NCBI GenBank assembly: GCA_026936335.1
Contig: JAPMXV010000052.1
Span: 310,001-374,000, forward strand
Direction of reading: 5' to 3'
DNA: 64,000 nucleotides
From: Mantamonas sphyraenae STR306
Taxonomy: Eukaryota > Protista > CRuMs
The notes beneath the pieces were generated by a model. The model ran no database searches and had not been told where the DNA came from. It worked only from the letters and a program-made list of their open reading frames with translations. Numbering within the stretch: the stretch's first letter is position 1; each line of letters opens with the position of its first letter. Position numbers and translations under genes: made by a program. Of this stretch, positions 34,211 through 46,600 are shown in pieces.

Positions 34211-37200
34211 TCATTCGTTCTCACCACTGATGCTGCTGCTGCTGCTGCTCTCCCCTGCGTGCGTCTCTCCGTTCTGTGCACTACTAGCTCCATTGTTGCT
34301 GTTGCTGTTGCTGTTGCTGCTTCCCACAATCCTGTTGAAGCGTGTGCGGCAGTACTCGACCAGCGCCGGGTTCTCTGCATCGTCCACCCCCTTCAGGCTA
34401 CCAAAGGCACCCAGGATATAGTTGATGTCCAGTGCTGCCTGGTCGCACGCAGCAGTGGTCACGTCGACAGTGTCAAACGCGGCAATGAGCGCTTCCGTCA
34501 GCATGCCCTGGATCTTTGTGAAAATGGCCGTCAGCTGTTCGGGAAGCAGATACCGGCTCAGCACGTTGTTCATCTGGCCCATATCCTTCATAAGGGCCAC
34601 GCTGTACCGAGAAGGCTTGCTGTTGCTGCTTTCTCCACTGGCCAGTGCGTCTGCAGACCAGTCCTTTGCCGCCAGCGTCTTGCAATGGTTGGCAATGCTC
34701 TTGTCCATGATGCGCACCAGCTTCTGGAAAATCTTGCCTCGGTGCACAATGAGATCCTGCTGCACGGCATCGAGGTCCTGTAGCAGCACGTGGTGCTTCT
34801 GCGGCAACTGCCAGCTCAGCTGTCGCCGCAGGTTGGGGATCTCCACCATGACAAACGTCAGACACTGTGAGGTGAGGGCCAGGTGCCGTGCAGTGATGTT
34901 CTTCAGACCTGCCGTGGCACGTGCCTCTGTGCCCAGCACCAGCCGTTCCGACATGCTGTTGAACATGGACAGCACAGACACCATGTGGCTCACCACTGTG
35001 CTTGCCAGCGGCGGCAGCGCCACCCCAATCTGCAGGTATCCGTCCAGATACTGGATGAGCATCAGTACAATGCCCACCACCTTGTAAGATCTCCCTTCCG
35101 CGCGAAGCACCCCCTGTGCTTCTTGCCCATCTCCAGGAGACTCCGCACCGCGTCCTCAGCGGCCGCATCCTGCGCCGCTGGTGGCTCCTCCTCTTCCCAC
35201 CTCTCCACGATGCGCTGAAACACAGGCGGCACCTCTGCTTGCGCCCACTGTTCGTGCTTCAGCAGCTCGCTCACCGTTTCATCGATGCCCGAGTGGAACG
35301 TCTGCAGAAACACACGCGCCTGTTCAAGCATGATACGTCGCAGCTTGGATGAAGATGATGATGACGACGACGACGTCTCTGACATGCTTTTGTCGGTGCT
35401 ACTGCTACTGCTGCCGACGTTTCGTGTCACCCGTTTCCCTTCATCCACAAACGCCATCGTCAGTTTGTACAATTGGTCAAAGTCCTTGAGCCGCAGCTTG
35501 CTGGATGTGCTGCTCCGCTGTTCCAACAGGCCGGCACACCTCGATTCCATCACCTCTCTGCTTTTGGCCAGCGTTTCGTCCAAGATGGCTCTGGCCGATC
35601 CGCGCTGGCTCTCCGGCACGTCGCATGCACGTATGGACTCGACCAGAACCGTGTGCAGATCCTCCACAAGAGCAGCTTGGGTGCGCATGGCGCCAAACAC
35701 GGCGTCCATGAGCTCCACAAACTCGCTGGGTGTCAATGCGTGCAGCTGGCTGTCGAAACTGGCCATGTGGTTCCACCACTGCGTGGAATCGTCTCCCCCC
35801 TGGCCGTTGCTGGCTGTCTTTTTGATCACGCGTGCCAGGTTGCTGCTCGGGTCGTTGCAGGCAATGTCCGTCAGCCCCTGGCCGATGATGGCGTCCGCGT
35901 CCTGATTCAGCTGTTTGCTCAGCTCCTGCCGGTAGTCCAGCAGCGCCTCTTGCAGTCGCATCGTGGCCACTAGTCCTTGCATGATTGGCACCATGATTGT
36001 CGTCAACGCCTCGCGGAACCGTTGCCGCCGTTTGCTCACCAGTTCCAGCTCCTCGCTCTCCTGCGCACCAGCAGCCTGTGCAGCCGTGCCATTGTGGCGC
36101 GGGGCAAGGTACTGGGCCACTTCGTCGGGTAGCCTGCTCGCTGTGGCGTACTCGACAAACGTGGTGTAGATACGCGTCTGGATGACGTGCGCCACCTGCG
36201 TCAGCTGCGCTTCCAGCGGACGCACACACTCGATGCCTTGCAACTTGTCGTTGATCACACCCTGCGTCTCTTGGATCAGTTGCAGCGCACGAGTAAACTC
36301 CGCCTCGCGCATGAGCTCTGTGATGCGCGTCTGCGCCGCCTTGACGTGCGACACGTCTGCAAGCCGTGCTTCCACCTCGGCCATCCGCTGCTTGCGCAGT
36401 GCCAGCTGTGGCACACGAAGGTTGTGTTGCACCAGTTGCGCCGACACCGAGCTGAGGGCACTGCGCACACGCTTCACATACGCGTTGGTCAACCTGACCA
36501 CAGTGTTCAGCGTGTGCATGTCGTTCATCGCCACCAGAATCATGTCGGAACGCCGAGAGATCTGCCGCAGCAGTTGCATCTCCACCATGTCCATCAGCGT
36601 CGACAGCTTCTCCTGTGCCACCTCCTCCGGGAACAACTCCTGCACCTTTGCAAAGTTCTCCGAGTCCATCAGCTCAAATAGCTCGTCAAAGAACATCTCT
36701 GGAATGCTATCATACAAATCCTGCAACTCCCTGGCCTCTGTGCGTTCCTGCTGCGCCTTGTCCTCAGCCTCAGCCTTGCTGCGCTCCCGTTCCAGCCACC
36801 GCAGATGCGTGGCAAACATCTCTCGATTCTGGTGCACCCCGCAGTCCCGTGTCAGCTCACCACCTGCGTCTGCCTGTGTGCATCCCTGGCCTCTCTACCC
36901 CCCCTCCTTGTACAAGCCCCAGAACGGCAGCTGCCCTACCTTTTGTGTCCGCTGCAGGTATGGCATAAAATCGGCGTACTCGACCTGCGGCAGAGAAGGC
37001 CGGACCTCTGCGCAACCCCACACCCACGCCCATACATGTCAGCGTCACTCCTCCTCCCAGCCTTCGCCCCCAAATCACTCCGTGGTGTATGTGTGCACAT
37101 GCCAACATACCCACGGTCACGCCTGCGTCCTCCACCTCGGTCTGCTCATTCGACCGCAGGAAGCTCCAGCCCTCCTTCTTGTCTGCCTGCGCTCCGTTCC

Positions 37201-37692
37201 GGCCCAGAGCCCCACGCACGCATCCACACCCACGTCCAAGGATGACCATCAAGACACCAAGCGTACATGCACAACAGAGACAAAAAACAAAAGGTGTCAG
37301 TGGCGGGTGGTGGCCGTTTGCGTGTGTGTGGTGCGACCCCGGCCAACACGTACGCTGGGATCGTTGACAATCGACGTGAACGAGGCAAAGTTGACGTCTG
37401 CACAGGCCTCGCGCACACTCTGGATATACTCGTCCATGGTGCGTTCATCTGCTGTGTCCACAGAAGCCAGGGAAACAATGGAGTGGGTCGACGGCGAGCG
37501 AAGGGAAGCCAGCGACGAGCCACGCGACCGTGCACTCGACAACCCCGACCTGTATTCCTCCACCAGCTCGTACGCCGCCATGATGTCCTCGGCCCCTTCG
37601 TACGATGTCGCCACCTGCAGTGAGCCCCGTTTCGACGACGGTCTGGACGGGGTGCTCGACGACGACGACGACGACGACGACGAAGAGGACAT
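34211..37692 (-). CDS. VPS54: VPS54 paralogue A (GARP subunit), multi-exon, apparent frameshift near 35110
   Basis: SIVNDP, IPEMFFDELF, QEKLS..MDMVEMQLLRQISRRS, EQWAQAEVP, and C-terminal LVLG..A..TAGLKNITARHLALTSQCL. Confidence 0.8.
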
Positions 37693-37736
37693 CCTTTCCG
37701 GAATCGCTTGCTTCCATTCGCGCTGCATTCCACTCA

Positions 37737-40085
37737 TCACTCCAACATCGACACATAGTTTGCCGGAAAGTTGCCTGCCTCACCACGCTCGTTGACGCCG
37801 TGGTACCAGCCTTCGTGCTCAAAGTCCACGTCAATCACATCCTCTTCGTTCAGTGTCAGCTCGTCTTCCTCCCGTGCCTCGTAGTAGTAATCTGCGCGCA
37901 CCCGGAAGATCACCGCCGGGTTCTTTGTTGCCTGTTCGGCGTCTGTGTCGTCGTCGTTGCTGTGCTGTCTTCTGTTGCTGCCGGCTCTGCTTCGACCTGA
38001 GGTTGCACAGGTTCCGCTTCCTTCACGGGCTCCGGTTCCTCAGCAGCCACCACCACCTGTGCCTCTGCCACTGCTGCCGCCACATCCACACCCTGTGTTT
38101 GCTGCTCATCCTGCATGGCGCGCACCTCCTCCTCCTCCAGCTCGTGCGTGAGCATGTGGACGCTTTCACTCAGCGCATCCAAGTTGATGCGGCTGAATCC
38201 AGGGCTGTCTGCAACTGCCGTCGACGACACCGTTGTGCTCGTGGTGCTGCTGTCACCTCCACCCGTGCCACTGCTGCTGCCCACAGCTTCGCCGCTGTCG
38301 ATGATGGCTCCAGCTGCAGCAAAGCCGCTGCCACGCCGTTCACTGCGTCGTCCTCCTCAGGCAGGCCCGATTCGTCGATCACCTCTACGTAGTTGTACGG
38401 AAAGATGCCATACTTGCCGTTGCACTCGCCCTCCCACCACGGGTTGTCCTCCTCTCGGTACACGTTGGTGATGATGTCGCCCTCCGAAAACGGCAGATCC
38501 TCCTCCAGGTTCTCTGGCACGTGGTCGTACAACGCCCTGCATCGCAGCGCACTCTGTGGTTCCGATTCTTCGGCCACGCCCGACAGTCGGCCGTTTCCGT
38601 CGCTGCCTGTGCTGGAGGCGCCGTCCAGAGTGCTGTCCCCGTCGTCGTCCTCCCCGTTGCTGCTACTGCTGGACTTTTTGCCCATGATGCTGAATCGCCT
38701 CTTCTTCGGCTCTCGCTTCTTCTTTACCTTTTTCACCTTGGCCGGCTTGATGGTACGGTGGTGGCCCACCACGTCCACGTTTTCGGTCTTGACACGCGTC
38801 ACAAACTCCTCGATGTCTGCATCCACGTCAACCTCCTCCAGCTTGGTACGGATGATGGATGCACTCTGCTCAAAGTTGCGGCACGTCTCCAGCAAATTCA
38901 GGTAGTTGCCCAGTGCCTCGCACACTGTCGACACCCGTTCCCTTTCGATGCGCTCCAGATCTCCCAGCAGCACCGGCAGCTCGTCTCGGTTGATTTTGTT
39001 TTCGATCTGCTGCAGGTTGGCCAAAGCGTCCTCCAGCTGTTTTTCGCTTGTCAGCTTCTGTGCGTTGGCCTGTTCCATCTTGGTTTGCGCCTTGCTGCGT
39101 TTGCCCTCGTTGTCTTTCACTTGCTCCAGCTTGCCCTCTGCCTCTGCCAGCTTCTGCTGGTCCGCCACAAACTTTTCCTGCGCCTATTATCCAGTGTGTG
39201 TGCGTGTGTACGTTGTCGTCGCACCACCCATGTCAGCCGTCTCGCTTCTTGTGACTCGCCGCCGGCCTCCCCGTCTGCCATTTCTCACCTTCTTCACCGC
39301 CAGCTCCGTGGCGTTCCTGTTCTTCAGCAGCTTCTCCGCCTCCGTCAGAAGCCTCTCACGGTCCGCCTTGGACTCTGCTTGGAAGGTTTCGATGGGTTGC
39401 GACACCATGGCCTGCAGCTGCATGGAAAAGCCCGTGTGCTTGTTTGCGCTTGATTGCGTTTCCTGCTGCACCGACGCCCACGCCTCACTCAGAGTTCTGT
39501 CCATCCCGCACCCGCGCCCTCGCCACCGTGTCAGCACATTGCTCCCGTGTGTCTTGTTCGCAGCCCGCCTTTGCCCTCTCTCTGCACCCACGGGCCCCAA
39601 GACACCCGTTCGCCGCCCTCCGCCCCTCGCAAACGCCACCATGTCGCCACACCATCTGCATGCACACTCGATCCAGATGAAGCTCCCGCGCCCCGTCGTT
39701 TCTCTCACCACATACCGTGCTTCTGGAAGTGGCGGCATGTTCTTGTGCAGTTCCAGCAGTGCGTCGCCGTACTGCTTTTCAATCTGCCGTTGGAGAAGCC
39801 GCAAAACTTGTGTCAGCCTCCAAAAGCGCCTCCCCCCTCCACACACACACACTCACCTCCGCGCGCTTCTCCATGTACTTGGCAATGTGCTTGGCCGAGT
39901 GTTTGCCTCCGCGCAAATGGTCCTTGATGCTGTCCAGGTGGTGCTGTGCGTTGTCGTGTCTCCGTGTCAGTCTCCCAGCCTCCGTCCGCCCTTCTCTTCC
40001 CCCTCGTTTCCACCTCTCTCCAATCTTCTGCCTCTTTCCATTCCACCCGCGTGCAACCCACCAAAAGTGCTTCAAACCCGGGCAT
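37737..40085 (-). CDS. F-BAR protein with two SH3 domains (FCHSD/Bzz1-like architecture), multi-exon, two apparent frameshifts; start uncertain
   Basis: F-BAR motifs (YMEKRAE|IEKQYG, TLSEAW..ET..ANKH, LERIERER). SH3-1 ALYDHV..WWEGECNGKYGIFPYNYV. SH3-2, read manually at 37737-37915: RADYYYEAREEDELTL..GWYHG..GNFPANYV*. Confidence 0.8.
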
Positions 40086-40146
40086 GGCGTCGTGGTTTGG
40101 CTGTTCTGTTGGCCCACCTCGCGTCCACTCACACACGCAAACGGCC

Positions 40147-43100
40147 ATGTCCTCTCGCCAGCCGCACGGGGAGGTCGACCCGCAGTACTCCCAAGACTCT
40201 TTGGCGGGCATGGATGCTTCTTCGGTGCTCGCACTGGCCATGCAGACCATCGGTGAGACCCAGGACGCACCACACCACGGCCACAGCAAGAAGCCGTCCC
40301 AACCGTCTGCCTCTGCGACCAGCAGTTCCACACAAGGGCACCCACGCCATGGAGAGTCCGTTGTACAAGCTCCTGCAGACGAAGGGCCGCAGGGGCAACC
40401 GAGCTCGCCCAAGAAGGCGGCCAAACGCAGGCTCAGCAAAGCAGCCATCCAGAGACGCAAGGAACGCAAGTACATCGCCCACCTCAACAGCATGGACGAA
40501 ACCAAGCTGCTCAAACTCGCCACACGCGCATGTGCAAACGTCAACTATAGTTCCCTCACCTCTGTCCTCAACGATCCCCATGTATGTCGCCGTGCTTCCC
40601 ATCGTCTCCCGCAATGCTCTCACACTCCCCCGCTTCCCCTTTTCTCCCCGTGTCTCCTCACTCCACCCATTCCACCTTCCCTCTCACTCACTCTCTCTCC
40701 CTGTGGCTCCTCGGCACAGAACATGGAACAGGGCGTGAGCCCGTCGGAATGGTCGTTCAATGCCCTGTCCTCGTGGGTCACCACCACCGCCACCTCCACC
40801 GCACCGGCAAACATTGTCTCCTCCTCCTCCATGGCGCCCCATTCAGGTGCCTACGTCGACCAAGCCGAAGGTAGGCTCCACAAGGAGAGAGACTCTCTCT
40901 CATGTGTGCCACACCCACTCTCTGTCACTCACACACACGCGTGTACTCCGATCAGAACTCTTGCCCACCTCCTTCCTGCCGCACATTGACGCCGACGACT
41001 TTAACCCGTACCTCGCTCGCTTTGGAAGCGTAAGTGCAGCACACAACCTCCTCCCTAGCTCTCACAACAACCCATTCGCAAGCTCACAACCCATCACTGT
41101 GCCTTGGGCCATCCGCCTTCTCCGTTTCCGCAGCACCTGCGCGCCTTTGCTCGCGACAGGCGCATCCTCGCCGCCATGGAGCGCAACATGCGCCACCGCG
41201 GCCTTTCCGAGCCTCCCAGCCCATCTGGCGATGCTGGTGCCTCGTCTTCGTCTCTGCCCTTCTCCTCCACATCCCTCTCCCTCGAGCAGGAGGCACAGTT
41301 GCAAGCAGAGCTGGCTCGCATCCAAGAACAGGTCGATCCCATGTACTTCAAACCAGGCTTCTCCCTCGTCCAGTCTGGTATCTTTGAGTCTGCCTTTGGC
41401 GCTATGCGTCTCATGACCCAGGAGCAGCTGTCCAACGACCTGGACACCATTGAGCTGGCCCTCATCAAGCAGATCTCCAAACGCTCCGACGCGATCTTTG
41501 CTGCCATGAAGCAGCTGCAGCAGCTGCACACCTCTGTGGCTGAAACAGTGCACATGGTCACTCTCGGACGCCGTCAGCTGGCGCAAATGCAGCAGAGCAT
41601 GATTCAGGCTCGCATCGGAGTCGCACACCAGTACCGCAGGCGCAACAACATGCTCAAAGTGTACAAAAAGCTTTCTCTCATGGCCACGGTGCGCAAAACA
41701 CAAACCACCATCCAACTGCTCCTTTCCTCCTCCGACTTTTCCAGCGCACTGGACCTAATTCAAACCACGCAGTACGTCCTTCGCAACGACCTCGCCGGCG
41801 TCACCAGCTTCAAGCACCTCAGCGGCCAGCTCGACGAGATGGTGGTTCTCATTGAACGCATGTCCACCATGGACTTTATTGCCTACGCCGTCGACGTGGA
41901 TGTGCATCGCTTCGACGACGCCTCCGCACGTGCTGATCTCGAAGCACACCTTGTGCCCCTTCTCCTTGCCCTCCTTCGCCTCCACAGGCTACCCTCTGCC
42001 ATGCATGCCTACCGAGAGCGACTTACCCAGGCCATCGACGACCGCTTTAGCGACGCCCTGCAGGCGGCCCTGGAGATCCTGGTCGCCGAAGATCCCGAAG
42101 GTCAACTCAGTGTGGCCCACAACATGGACGCAGACACGCCTTTGCATGCCGTACAACACACACAAAAACTCAGTCCCAAGCAGTTTGGCCGTGTGCTGTC
42201 CCTCGTCTACGCTCGCATGTTGCCTCTCCTGCACCGCACCGCCACAGTCCACAGCATCATCAATGCCCTTCTGCAGGTGTTTCGCAAGCGCGAGGAGCAG
42301 CATAAGAACCCCAGTGGAGGAGGCAAGGGCAAGGGCACCGGTGGGGGCACACGTACTGTCACAGAAACAAGCACAGGGTTTGCCGAGAGCGAGTTCCGAG
42401 TGCCAGGCAACACCATCATCCAATTGCAGGCCACGCAGCAAGACATCCTCACGTCTGCCTTTGAGAGCAGCCACCAGCTTTGTGCACAGCTCCTGGCCGA
42501 TCGACAGGAGGTCCACGCCAAGCTTCATCTGCAGGACTACGTCGAGCTGCACGAGATCAGCCTCGACTTTGTCCGCGAGTGCGAGCGGCACTACCACGGC
42601 CAGGTGCAGGGTTTGCGCTCTGTCCTTGCCTTCCAAGCCAAGGCCTTCCTGGCCACACACCACACAAAGAAGATTGCTGCTCTCACCCTCCTCCTGGACA
42701 ACGAGCGCTGGAGCATCGTCGATGTGCCGCCCACATTCCAAGAGACGCTGATGCGATGGGTGCCCACCCAGTCCCAGAATGGCAACGACAACGACCAGGA
42801 GGAGGGTGATTCTGCTCCAGGCACGACACACTCATCGTCCTCGTCCGTCACCGCCGCCACAGCGGACGACGAAAAGAACAGCCGCGTCATGCGTGTCGAC
42901 GGCCAAAACTTTCGTGTCGTCGGCTCCATGCTCATGCTGGTGCAAATCCTGGATGGCTACTTGGACATCGTTCTGCGTTTGCCTACACTGGCCACCGACG
43001 TGCTCAACCGCATGGTGGAACTCATCAAACTGTTCAACACGCGGTCGTGTCAACTTGTCCTCGGCGCAGGTGCCATGCAAACGGCCGGGCTCAAGTCCAT

Positions 43101-43659
43101 CAAGGCCAAACACCTCGCTCTCGCCTCTCAGTGTCTCACCGTCATCATCCTGCAGATACCCAACCTTAAAGCCACGCTGTCGCAGCAGCTGCCACCCTCG
43201 CACCACATCTTTCTCAAAGAGTTTGACCGCGTGTGTGACAACTGCATGGTGCACCGCGAACAGCTGTTTGCAAAGCTGGTGGCCATCATGAAGGACCGAT
43301 TCGACTATTACTGTGCCAAGCTGGAGCAGACCGAGTGGAGTGAATGGGTGGAGCAACCCAACCCCATGATTGTCAAACTGGCGGAGGAGACGCAAACGAT
43401 GAACAAGGTCCTCTCTCGAGTACTGCAGGCGCAGCAGCTGCAAGACGTGTTCCAGCAAATCGTGGACACCCTTGTGGTGAAACTGTTGCACATTTATGGC
43501 GAGATCCCTCGCAACGACACCACCGCCTATCGGGTGTCCATGGACATGTCGCACGTCATGTCCTCTCTGCAGGCTTTGCGAGGTGTCGAGTACAGCGGAT
43601 CTCTCCTGGGCGACATGGTGGCCGAGCGCTTTGGCATCTCGCTCACGGGCGAGGGCTGA
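40147..43659 (+). CDS. VPS54: VPS54 paralogue B (GARP subunit), multi-exon
   Basis: SVLNDP, QEQLSNDLDTIELALIKQISKRS, LLDNERW..DVP, FNTRSCQLVLGAGAMQTAGLKSIKAKHLALASQCL. Confidence 0.88.
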
Positions 43660-46600
43660 CCGGACGCCGCACCACGTGGAATACACCCGTGGCACTGCGT
43701 CCCACCAGAAGCGGGTCTGCACGCGAGTATACACGCGCGCCAGGCAGCTGGAACTTGCCCTACATGGATGGCATACACTTTGTACGAGATCGTGTGTGAG
43801 CCAGCACGCACTCCCAGCAGCCGCATGCGCACAGAATGAACACCCATGTGCTCGATGTGGATCGTCGGATTGCTCAAACACACATGGTTTTCGGGTGCAC
43901 ATTCGCTGCGCAGCAGCTCCTCTTCTCGTTTCGACGCTGTGGTCGACGTGCTGGGCGACGGCGAAGCAGACGAGGACGTTGAGGACGAGGACGGTGATGA
44001 GGAGAAGGGCACAGACGTCGATGACGATCCTACGCCCGTCGATTGTCTGTCTGCGTCCTGATCCATGACCTGCTGGTCTTGGTCCTGATCCAGTGGTTCC
44101 AGCATGTGGAAGCCCGACGGGAGACTGTCACTCACCACAACCTCGTGCATCTTGTAGGGCAGAGTGATGTGCAATGAGACCATGAGCACAGAGCCCACGG
44201 GAGCCATGCTTACGGATTGGCCGGCCTCGTTTTCCTCGTTTGCATCCACATGCTTGATGCTCTTGCGCACCAAGATGCCGTGGAAAATGGGTCCGCTTTT
44301 GCGGTACATGGCACTGTAGTGCATGCGAAAGGACACCGAGAGCGTGTGTGCACTTTCAATGTGTGCTTGGATGGACAGCGTGCGTGTGTTGAGCAGCGAC
44401 CAGTCCACGCGCGTGCGCAGTGTGGGCGCATCCTTCTGACTGATGCTCGAATGAAGCACCGTCATGTCGTTGGCTTTGATTTGCAACTGCACTTGTGGCT
44501 CTTTGGCCACGTGTGTGCGTCGGTCGTAGTCAAACAATGCCAGCATGTCCACGCTCGCCTGTTGGCACCCTACCCAACGGAACCGTGCTCGTGGGACGCG
44601 CATCTGGTTGTCCTCACCCTCATTCGGTGCTCCGGCCAGACGTGGCGTCTCTGAACCTGTCCTATCTCCGGTGGCACTGTTTGGCGATGCTGTCACACCA
44701 CCATCGGGTGCCCCTGCCTGTGCTGCTCCGTCGCCCCTTGATCCAACTTGCACCACAAGCTCCTCAAGCACCCCCTGGCCCCTCTCCACAGTGCCGTAGA
44801 GGGCCACCACCGCCTTGCTTTGCAGCCGTTCGCGGTCGTTGTCCAGAGCCACCAAGGAGAGGGCGAGCGCGTTCAGACGCGGGTTCTCTTCTTCAGCCTC
44901 GCCCGTCACAAACGCCGTCTTGCCATCCTTGCTCAAACGCATCCCTCCCACGGTCTGCTCGACAACCTCGCGCACAAACGCCGTGTGCTTGCTCGTCAAC
45001 TGCCACACGCTCTTGCTCTTCCCCTCCAGCTGCACTGTCAGTGCTAAGGCCACGCGTGCAAGCGGCGACAACACCGCTGCATTGTCTAGCCACACGTCCA
45101 CGTCCAGGTCCGTCTTGAGGGCGGCTCGCAACGCGGGGGTGCTTTGTGGCAGCCGTTTGTGAATTGCTTCTTCCACGTCCCATTCCAAACCGAGGCCCAA
45201 CAGAGCCAATGGGATCACATCTGCGTCCGGTTCACTGCGGTGCGCCTCAATGAGCTCTGCACTCGACGTGGCACTGCGTGCGTGTCGTCGCCGGCTTGCA
45301 AATCCAACCAAAGCGCTCTGCAACTGCTGTACCACTGCCTCATACACAGCCGTTGGCACCACACGAGGCCCATCGCCTGCGTGGTGGCCCACACCCTCGT
45401 GTTCTCCACCGCTTTCACTCGATTCGCCGCCCGCACCCTCGGCCTTGGTACCGCCCTGCAGTGATCGCAGACGGCGCAGCGCGTAGCCGGCAAACGACAG
45501 GATTTGGATGTTGGCCTGCGATTGGTCGGAAGTGGTGACCGAAGACGTCGACTTGACCAGCATGTCTTCCAACGTCTTGCTTGCCTGCTGATACGCCTCC
45601 AATGCCTCGGCGAGCAATTGCGACTCTGCGTAGCGCGAAAGCAGCGCCTGAGGCACCATCGATGCCACTGCAGCCTCGAGCGACCCATCCCTGCCAAACT
45701 GCCACATGAGTCCACTCGCCAAGTTCTCCAGAGTTGGCAGGGTGTCCAGTCCGGCGCGGATGACCAAGTCTCCCGTGTGCGGAAGGACGTCAGGCAGCTC
45801 CAGGAACGCGGCGCTGTTGCCATCCAATCGCATGGTGGTCACTGCAACCTCCGGCTCTTCCACAGGGTACACCTGAATGCGGACCTGGTGGGAAAGCGTG
45901 TTGGCATCCGGCTGCTGGTGGCTGGTGCGAACTGTCGCCACAAACGACGCCTCGCCCAGCTTGCGTGCGGTAATGTGGAACGTAGCGTTGACCGTGTGCG
46001 GCACGCCGGCCACCACACGCAGGTGTTCCTGAGTCCCCGACGTCCCAATCAACCCGTTGGTGTGTTCCAGATGCACGTCGACGTGCCCGGTAAAGGAGTC
46101 GTCCTTGATCAGCACCGCAAACGTGTACTCAAACAGATCGCCCATCAGCACCCGCTTCGGCCCAATCACTTCCACCTCAAAGGGCCGAAGCACACTCAGG
46201 GCCAGCTGAGCCTGGACAAAGTGGTCGTAATTCACGCTGGCAAACGCACGAACCGAGTATTGCCCCTGCACCATCTGCGGCAGGCGAAACTCCATCGGCA
46301 GCTCCCCATTCTGGTCCAATCGATCGCCGCGACGCATGCACACGGCCTCGCTGAAGAACGGCACAAAGTTTTGGCTGTGCTTCAAATGCCGCTCCACAGA
46401 CCGAAGGTGCTTCATCATCCGTTCCAGACTCGGCGACACAGACTTGTCGCGACGCTTTCCGTGGCCGAGGAGGATGTGGTTGCTCTGCAAACTGTCACCT
46501 GGGCCTGCACTGGGGTCAGGCAAGCCCCCCGGCAAGCCCCCGGCTCTTGCGCCGTTCCCGCCCAAACTAGCCTCGCTGTACGGGAAATGGGTGATGCGGC

